A model generated the notes under the pieces. It did not search any database, was not told the DNA's origin, and worked only from the letters and a program-made list of their open reading frames with translations. Below, one piece after another: positions 55,470 to 64,000 of a DNA stretch of 64,000 bases; within the stretch, counting starts at the first letter, position 1; the number at the start of each line of letters is the position of its first letter. The DNA is from Eledone cirrhosa (Eukaryota). The translations under genes and the position numbers were made by a program. Location: the NCBI GenBank assembly GCA_964016885.1, contig OZ024744.1:33790001-33854000 (forward strand). Reading direction: 5' to 3'.

Positions 55470-56039
55470 GTGTAAGTGTGTGTAGGTATGTGTATAGGTG
55501 TGTGCAGTTATATTTTGCACTCGACCGTGTCGAATTCTGGTGTCAGTCTGACGATTAGTGGATGTGTCTCATGATCCGCTACCAGACTAAAGGATCGATG
55601 TCCTGTAGCCATTGCCATACAGTGAGCTGTGCACGTGGATAATTAATATACTTAGATCACGGTTGTTCCTTCCTGCCCACAACGTTGTGAAACACGTGAC
55701 ATCCTATCACTTCCACGAAGGAAGTCAGCCTTTGTCAAAATAATTACCTGTTCTTATTCTTTCTATTATTTCAGAGGTGTCGATGTCACTGGAAATACAC
55801 ATATCTTTTTATCACCTTGAGTCTCTCACTCCTTCATCAGATACCCCCTGTACCAGTTGTGCTAACTGTGAAGGCGCCTGGCTTAGTGGTGAGAGTGTTG
55901 GATTCACAATTGGGAAGTTGCAAATTCAGTTCTTAGAACGGGTGATGCGTTGTGTCCTTGGACAAGACACTTTATTTCACGTTGCTTTTTCTGCCAGAAT
56001 TTGTGAACGGTAGATACTATCACCAGAAGATAATATCAC

Positions 56040-56174
56040 CGGTTTATAGTATCCATTGCTGATACTATCAGCAACAGAAAGACGAATGGAAAAATTGTTT
56101 CCTTGGTCCGATTTGACGATGTCCACCTCACTCGGCAAGCGAATGAAGGCTGGCATCATGTCGAGTGCTAATTC
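56040..56174 (-). other. Possible host exon
   Basis: Non-repetitive open frame ELALDMMPAFIRLPSEVDIVKSDQGNNFSIRLSVADSISNGYYKP between tttctctattag and gtgata. No recognisable domain. Confidence 0.25.
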
Positions 56175-56346
56175 TAATAGAGAAATGTTTTCTACATCAC
56201 TCATTTAAGGGCGGCACTAACTTTAAAGCCAACAAAGCGACATCGTACGCCGTAAACTTCAGAAAAACGCATTTCTGGACTTTAATTTTTTCAAAATGTA
56301 GGTTTTTGAAATGTTTAAGTTCTCATATTATTTCAAATCTCATCAT

Positions 56347-56540
56347 GGCGGTGGATTGGCAGTATCGGTAGAGGGTTGGACACCATGCTTTGACGCATAG
56401 AGTTACAGTCCTTGCCATTCTGAGTTCAAATCCCGCCGAGGTTAACTTTGCCTTTCATCCTTATTGGGTCGATAAAATAAAGTACCAGTAATGAACTGGA
56501 ATTATTGCTGGCCTTGTGCCAAAAGTAGAAACAATTATTT
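56347..56540 (+). mobile_element. SINE family 1, full length, with target-site duplication
   Basis: GGCGGTGGATTGGCAG...GTAGAAACAATTATT. TATTTCAAATCTCAT lies upstream and TTTTCAAATCTCAT downstream. Confidence 0.88.
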
Positions 56541-57051
56541 CAAATCTCATTTTACAAACGTTTGTTTATAAATTAAATGTTTTCTTTACTCTGTCATTCT
56601 TCTCGAAAGTTTCTGTTTACTACTGACCGAAGCGTAGACGTTGGTGTCGCATTAGATATTTTGGAGAGAGAGAATATCAACATGAAAGAGTTATTTTTAG
56701 TCATATAGGAACACACAATAGCATCTGATATTTCATATGATTGTCCATAATGAAGTACCAAAAATGTCGCACTTCGCTGACCTGGTCATTGAAACAATCA
56801 TCCTTTTAGTGCATATATGTCAGTGACTGCAGTGCAATTGTGTCTGTGACTAGGTCACAAAAGTGAAACAAAATTTCTGACATGGCACAATGCACAATAG
56901 AAACTGGTATTAACGAAACATAAGCGACTTTTGAATATAACAGTTTCTGGTGTATGTACTCAAATGGTTCAAATGACTCCCCCATGACGTTATTGTTGTA
57001 TATATATATATATATTGTATATATATATTGTATATATATATATATATATAT

Positions 57052-57144
<93 letters not shown>

Positions 57145-57295
57145 TGTATATATATATTTATATTTATATACATACATATTCACATATGTATATGCTGAAT
57201 TAAGCATATCATTTGTTAATTTCCACAAGAACAACTCACACACCCACTTCTTTTTGTTCTCAATTTGTTTTGAAAATGCTGATAAATATGTATGA

Positions 57296-57360
<65 letters not shown>

Positions 57361-58403
57361 TGTGTACATACATACACATATTGTTTGGTTAAATGTCTCT
57401 GCACTCGTTCTTTCCGCTTCAGCTGTCTGACAGTAAGAGTTATGACAATAGACATTATACAAATCAATGATTAATCATCTATGTGGTCCTTGTGCCTACA
57501 AAACACAGCAGTCAAATATTCCTCAAATAACATACTACTACAGCGGTTGCAAGTTAAGGGTCTCGCAATCCCCGGTGGTCCCGGAACCCACAGCCTCAGC
57601 GGTTTCCAACCTATACCCAACCCCTAAAGATCACTACCGCCGAGTTCCTCAGCTAGGTTCATTGACCCCCTGGCCGTCCCTAAGCATACCACCACAGTGG
57701 ATCCCAACCTGACCTTTCTGAATTATTTGTGGTCCGAAAGCTAAGCTCAAAATTTCATTCACTTTGTTAAATATATGATATACACACTCTATTGCGTTTT
57801 CATTCCTCTCTACATGTTAACCTCACCATATTTGTGAGAGGAATATTGATTCAACCTGCTACAAATAGTAGCCAAACGAACCTTGCATGACACCTTCCAA
57901 TTGGTATAAAAGAAATCGGTACATTGGATAATGCAATCTTAAGAATATGTTGCCTCTGAATTAAAGACGGTTTTCAGTCAGGCATAAATGATAAAAATAG
58001 TATAAATTATTCAAAGTAAAAGGAGAATTTGTTGTAGTGAGGTTAAGGATTTGCTTCGAATTTGTTGAATGGGACATGGTACACAACTTTAATTCTCAAT
58101 TTATTCAAAGTTTATTAACTTAAAGACACTGTCTAATAACAGTCCCACCCCACCTCGCGCAGCAATTTAAGAGAAAGGGACATAGAATAATCTGTGTTTT
58201 CTACTCAACTTTGTAACCCAAACTAAGATTCTATCCAACCGCCATTTTACACAAAGTTTGTCATCTCTTCATCATTTCCATACTTGAACTGGTTTAGAAT
58301 TTTCTTTTTCTTTTATTATTTTTTTTTATTTTGGGAACTTCTGTAAATTGTTACTATAATGAGTGCTTTAATGTAATTAATTGTTATTAATGAAACCTTT
58401 TAT

Positions 58404-58506
58404 AAACTCTGATGATTCCGGTCCCGAATTAAAATCTATGGGTTATAATTATAAAAATATAACCCAGATGTTAAAATTCTATGCCGGCAGAAACATTTGT
58501 TAGTTT
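58404..58506 (+). ncRNA. HHR motif with long stem II
   Basis: AAACT-CTGATGA-ttCCGG...(TGGGTTATA..ATATAACCCA)...CCGGca-GAAA-CATTTG-TT-AGTTT. Confidence 0.68.
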
Positions 58507-58547
58507 GATATGCTTTGAATCTTCGATGTTTCTGAAATTTATGTATG

Positions 58548-58651
<104 letters not shown>

Positions 58652-58741
58652 GAGGTTATGTTTAATTTGTTGGGATACAACGAGCAAAATATTTTTATAA
58701 CTGATATAAAGCACTCAACAAATTATTGGAGTAAATATACA

Positions 58742-59119
58742 ATATATTAACAAATGGGAACTATATTTATAAAACCATATTTATTTCATTATACATATTT
58801 CAAGGGCCACCAAGGCAAACTATGGTGCGCTTTCATCAAATAAAATGTAATATAAGTTAGTTTTATAAATAAATATTGACATACCCCGAAAAAATGCAAC
58901 CATTCTGGTTGGAATCTCCTGGATAGTCAAATATTCAGTGAAATATTCCAGGAGATTCCAACCAGAATGGTTGCATTTTTTCAGGGTATGTCAATATTTA
59001 TTTATAAAACTAACCTATATTATATTTTATCTGATGAAAGCGCACCATAGTTTGCCTTAGTGGCCCTTGAAATATGTATAATGAAATAAATATGGTTTTA
59101 TAAATATAGTTTCCATTTG

Positions 59120-59128
<9 letters not shown>
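58742..59128. mobile_element. Palindromic PLE-terminus element with an HHR in each arm
   Basis: ~185-bp arms around a ~20-nt spacer (58928-58947). Plus-strand HHR 59022-59088 reads TATTTTAT-CTGATGA-AAG...CTT-GAAA-TATGTA-TA-ATGAAATA. Confidence 0.82.
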
Positions 59129-59162
<34 letters not shown>

Positions 59163-59167
<5 letters not shown>

Positions 59168-59345
59168 AAAAAGGTATGACCCCGACGGCAGAGCTCAAGC
59201 CGTTTCGACGGCTATTTCCAGAAATAGCCGTCGAAACGGCTTGAGCTCTGCCGTCGGGGTCATACTTTTTCCTATTTCCCACTCTACTACCCTAAGTATT
59301 GAGTACTCTGGTGCGTCCATCTGGTTCCTTACCACAATTCCTTTG

Positions 59346-59349
<4 letters not shown>
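59163..59349 (+). mobile_element. Fold-back element family B, copy 4
   Basis: Palindrome 59163-59275 (one indel) plus tail, with (TA)n on both sides. Confidence 0.8.
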
Positions 59350-59386
<37 letters not shown>

Positions 59387-59392
<6 letters not shown>

Positions 59393-59888
59393 ATGTTGAA
59401 AAGGTAACACACCAGAGAGAGATATACAGTGCGCTATCAATAAAACACTGCCCTTAAACACGCTGTGACTTTTCTCTCCCACGTGTAGCTGGACAGTCAC
59501 TTTTAAAATTCTCTTAGTGTTGTCTGAAATGTATAGCCTTACACACGCTGATGAACTGAGGCTAACCCATTTCTTTCAACAAATTACTGGTGAAACATAT
59601 CTTTTGATTAGTATCTTTGGATTTGTACGTGTGTTACATAGTTATAGAGGTATTTATTTACGCTTTAATTTATATTTTTAATTATCGTGTCTATAGTCTG
59701 CCTTTCATAGGTTATAGATTCCATACACTGTTGGTTTTTTTCCCTGTTTTATTGATAGCGCACTGTATATCTCTCTCTGGTGTGTTACCTTTTCAACATA
59801 TTGTATTTTAAGGAGCTTAGGATTTCTTCTCCTTTGAGCACATTATTTACAGGGAATAGCGAGGGCCTATGCCTCCGTTAATCTATCG

Positions 59889-59890
<2 letters not shown>
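59387..59890 (+). mobile_element. PLE-terminus fragment with 60-bp inverted 5' copy, in (TA)n
   Basis: 59387-59447 is the reverse complement of 59745-59805, with an HHR between them. Confidence 0.75.
59541..59634 (+). ncRNA. HHR motif with extended stem III
   Basis: ACACACG-CTGATGA-ACT..GGT-GAAA-CAtATC...GATtTG-TA-CGTGTGT. Confidence 0.72.
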
Positions 59891-59973
<83 letters not shown>

Positions 59974-59974
<1 letters not shown>

Positions 59975-60860
59975 TAGCTGCAGTACCCGGTAATGCCCGC
60001 CGGGAAAGGTGGGGTTATTCGCAGTTCAAAGAGTGTGCCTGAAAATGGTAGCGACCCTGGGTGCTCATACTGAATTTTCAATAGCAACCTTTGTTAGGTG
60101 TGTTTATGGCAGATAAATTTTTTGAGTGGAACTATCAATAGCTGTTGAAGTCATAACATAAGTCCTTCTTCCATCTAGCTTTTTTCGTTCAGAGTGAATA
60201 AGCCGGGGAAGTTTGAGCTTGAAGAGTATCGAACTTATTCAACAAACTTATATTATATAAGAATAGCAAACTTACTGCCTTATCGCTCAAGAACAAATAC
60301 AGAACATTTGAGGAAGTCATAGCAATTATTGAAGAAATTATAACCGAGTGAACATAATCAGGTACTGTTCTAGCACCCTACATATCACCGTTTGTAAAGC
60401 TCTTCGAATGACTGAGCAATTCAATAAAACCATCCCGTTTTTCCCCTATAGCAGACATAACCCGAGAAAACACACCATAATAAGTCGGATAAACAATCAG
60501 AAGTATTGGCCCTAAAGAGGGCCTTGTACCGTTCACTGTTGCAAAGTGTCAATAATGGGGGAGAAGTTACATCTTCTTAATTCGTGTTAATCTTCCCATG
60601 ATCCGACACCTCGAAACATCGACAAAATAAACTCTACTCTCAAAAACCGTATGTTACAATTAACGTGCCGGGATAACGAATATTCGTCAACATACGATTT
60701 AGGTTTTATTCTTCGGACTAATCTCATGGTAAGCCAACTTCCATGTCATTGATGATCACACTTTTTTGTAACTTATCACCGATTCCTGCAGTTGACCTTA
60801 ATGTGACCTAAGCGTGTGCACGTGTTCCGAATCCATATCAGTGGATGAGTTATATATATA
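59974..60860 (-). mobile_element. Probable non-autonomous Helitron
   Basis: ACTAG followed by CCCGG...CCGGG hairpin, as at 52027. The 5' end is uncertain. Confidence 0.5.
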
Positions 60861-60967
60861 TATATAACCAAAAGTTAAACAAGGTTCATTGATTAATCAA
60901 TGAATATATGACTGCCAAGACTGGAATTGAACCATCAGCACAGTTGAGGTATGTCACACATCAATTT

Positions 60968-61039
60968 ATATATTTTATCTGATGAGGACGTACTGAAAAA
61001 ACAACACAGTACCTCCGAAATATATATAATAAAATATAT
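60968..61039 (+). ncRNA. HHR motif, 11-bp stem I, palindromic loop TATATA
   Basis: ATATATTTTAT-CTGATGA-GGAcGTACTG..CAGTACcTCC-GAAA-TATATA-TA-ATAAAATATAT. Confidence 0.85.
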
Positions 61040-61084
61040 TTTGATTACGTTGAATTGAATGTCTATATTTATTAATATTTTGAA

Positions 61085-61176
<92 letters not shown>

Positions 61177-61364
61177 TATTAAAAAAATAATGAATAAACA
61201 AAGAAACAGTTCCTTATATTAAAAAAAATTCATTATTTTACGATCGTTTCTAGGATATATATGTGTTAGAGTTGGTATGCATATTCTATAGATCTATGTA
61301 CAATATTTATACAAACTATCAGAGGGAATATACATACCTACACATATATATGCTGTCTTCAGAA

Positions 61365-61910
61365 ATAATTGTTTCTACTTTTGGCACAAGGCCATCAATT
61401 ATCCAGTGCATTACTGGTACTTTATTTTATCGACCCCGTAAGGATGAAAGGCAAAGTTAACCTCGGTGGGATTTGAACTCAGACCGCAAAGGGACGTAAC
61501 TATGCTGGAAAGCATGGCGTCCGACCCTCTAGCGATACTGCCAAGCCACCACCATCGCTGTCTTCAGAAATAATTGTTTCTACTTTAGGCACAAGGCCAG
61601 CAATTATCCAGTGCATTACTGGTACTTTATTTTATCGACCCCGTAAGGATGAAAGGCAAAGTCAACCTCGGCGGGATTTGAACTCAGATCGTAAAGGGAC
61701 GTAACTATGCTGGGAAGCATGGCGTCCGACCCTCTACCGATACTGCCAATCCACCGCTGTCTTCAGAAATAATTGTTTCTACTTTAGGCACAAGGCCAGC
61801 AATTACCCAGTACATTACTGGTACTTTATTTTATCGACCCCGTAAGGATGAAAGGCAAAGTTAACCTCGGCGGGATTTGAACTCAGACCGTAAAGGGACG
61901 TAACTATGCT
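61365..61910 (-). mobile_element. Three tandem SINE family 1 copies separated by target-site sequence
   Basis: GCTGTCTTCAGAAATAAT at 61352, 61557, 61756 and 61908. Confidence 0.9.
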
Positions 61911-62496
61911 GTCTTCAGAAATAATGATACTTGTTTATTGATAAGAACAAATATTCAATACAATAGGTCTGTTTGGGAACAGGTTTTGAATTGACCAATC
62001 AGGAGATAGTGAGGGTCAAGATAGTGATATAGAATTAGTAGAACCTTAAATTATGGGTGGAGGAAGGTAGATTTCAGTTTTGGATGGAAAAGAGTATTAT
62101 GAATGAAGGATTACTTTAGGGAAGAAGTAGGTCATATGTTGACCTCAGAAATAATTTTATTTATTCATTGAATAAAACCAAACTAAGATCCAATATAATA
62201 ATGGATTACTTTAGGGAAGAAGTAGGTCATATGTTGACCTCAGAAATAATTTTATATGAACAAATAAAATTATTTCTGAGGTCAACATATGACCTACTTC
62301 TTCCCTAAAGTAATCCTTCATTCATAATACTCTTTTCCATCCAAAACTGAAATCTACCTTCCTCCACCCATAATTTAAGGTTCTACTAATTCTATATCAC
62401 TATCTTGACCCTCACTATCTCCTGATTGGTCAATTCAAAACCTGTTCCCAAACAGACCTATTGTATTGAATCTTTGTTCTTATCAATAAACAAGTA

Positions 62497-62638
62497 TCAT
62501 TATTTCTGAAGACAGCATATATATGTGTAGGTATGTATATTCCCTCTGATAGTTTGTATAAATATTGTACATAGATCTATAGAATATGCATACCAACTCT
62601 AACACATATATATCCTAGAAACGATCGTAAAATAATGA
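62497..62638 (+). ncRNA. HHR motif with ~105-nt stem II and palindromic loop CGATCG
   Basis: TCATTATTT-CTGAAGA-..ATATATATGTGT..GTATGTATATTC..GAATATGCATAC..ACACATATATAT..-GAAA-CGATCG-TA-AAATAATGA. Confidence 0.78.
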
Positions 62639-62828
62639 ATTTTTTTTAATGTAAGGAACTGTTTCTTTGTTTATTCATTACTTTTTTAATAATTTATCTT
62701 GACTCTGTTTTGCGTTTATTTTTCACCGAAAGTAGTTTTTGAATGCATCTTCTCTTTTCATGATATCCGGATTACATTGAGTTCTTCATACGGATTGGAC
62801 ACTACCGTAAACTTTTGGTAGATTTTTC

Positions 62829-62891
<63 letters not shown>

Positions 62892-62987
62892 AAAATTAAA
62901 ATTAAGGGTTGTAATGTCTGAGAGACATGCGCCATATTCACTGTAGAATAGGCTCAAAAATTCCAATGAACAGATCTGAGCATTACA

Positions 62988-63211
62988 TATCAACTAGAAA
63001 TAGATTGACATATATATATATATAAAATAAACATATGAAACAATCGCAGGGATTAATTTGTAAAGAATGTAAGCACACATATTTGAAGTTCTAGTTAAAC
63101 TTTAATTAGTTACCTACCTAGCTATGTGTGCTTACACACTTTTACAAATTATGCCCTGTGAATGTTCATATGTTTATTTTAGATATATATATATGTCAAT
63201 CTATTTCTAGT

Positions 63212-63216
<5 letters not shown>
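62988..63216. repeat. Imperfect ~230-bp palindrome next to (TA)n
   Basis: TATCAACTAGAAATAGATTGACA... pairs with ...TGTCAATCTATTTCTAGTTGATA. Confidence 0.75.
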
Positions 63217-63253
<37 letters not shown>

Positions 63254-63379
63254 TCGCTCTACATGGCTTATTTGCATATAAGCAGTCTGCTACTATGCAA
63301 ATCAGGCTGATCAGTCACTGTATATTTTAGAAAATAGCATATATTTTCACTAGCTCTCACAGTTTGGCAGGTGAACAGT

Positions 63380-63429
63380 GAACTGTACTGATGAAGGGTG
63401 ATACCCAGAAACATTAGTGTCTGCAGTTC
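63380..63429 (+). ncRNA. HHR motif
   Basis: GAACTGTA-CTGATGA-aGGGT gat ACCCa-GAAA-CATTAGTG-TC-TGCAGTTC. Confidence 0.82.
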
Positions 63430-63555
63430 TGTTTACATGCCAACACAAGAGAAAGAATGAGGGGCTCATTCTACTGACATGGCTTAAAAGAGGCTTGTTT
63501 GCACAATTGCAAACGAATCGAATATTATTATTAATATTCGAAAAACTCAGATTCC

Positions 63556-63662
<107 letters not shown>

Positions 63663-64000
63663 CACACCCATATCTGTTCAGTCGTCAACCAAAATTAGAT
63701 TGTCGTCTGCTTTGTTTGAAATGTCTTTATGTATATTTCTAATAAGTTGTTGCCTCGTTTTGGAGGACTGAGTTGTGGGAGGAGGAAGGGGAGTAGTGGG
63801 AGAGAGGGTTTAACATACAGTAGTAGTATCTCCTCTTCCCCCTCTCTCACTGAAACTTCTTCTCTTTCCTCCTCCATTGTAAAGATGTCCCCAGGAGGTC
63901 TATTATTGATTTTTATTGAAATCCAATTAGCTAGACCTGTTTCTGAATATTAGCTTAACGTGTGTGTAAAGTTTCATCAGTATCGGATCACTGGTGTAGG

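Larger units (their letters stand above)
61172..62697. mobile_element. Large palindromic PLE-terminus element (~460-bp arms), left arm interrupted by three SINEs
   Basis: 61172-61369 plus 61905-62169 is the reverse complement of 62236-62697. Confidence 0.85.

Overview
Eukaryotic, gene-poor, repeat-saturated window with AT/CA/GA/TTC microsatellites everywhere. SINE and microsatellite style suggests an invertebrate, probably an octopus (inference). No host gene can be called with confidence. Contents: (1) three head-to-tail Tx1/L1-clade LINEs (8.9-25.9 kb), all sitting in (TCTG)n/(TCTA)n repeats; (2) two Penelope-like elements (PLEs), one with an uninterrupted 898-aa RT + GIY-YIG ORF (42177-44873, +) and one broken Naiad-like copy (38275-39841, -); (3) about 15 minimal type-I hammerhead ribozyme (HHR) motifs found by eye, nearly all inside short PLE-terminus fragments embedded in (TA)n tracts, many forming near-perfect DNA palindromes; (4) a roughly 50-copy 93-bp satellite that arose inside the coding 3' end of an RTE LINE, with 3-, 6- and 11-mer higher-order structure; (5) tRNA-type SINEs, RTE fragments and non-autonomous Helitrons. 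The most striking signal is the (TA)n-embedded, HHR-bearing fold-back elements. In one family, three diverged copies each have internally identical or near-identical arms, fold at the putative ribozyme stem II and stop at the same junction, which suggests the inverted arm is re-synthesised at each insertion. All structure calls were made by eye and coordinates may be off by a few bases.
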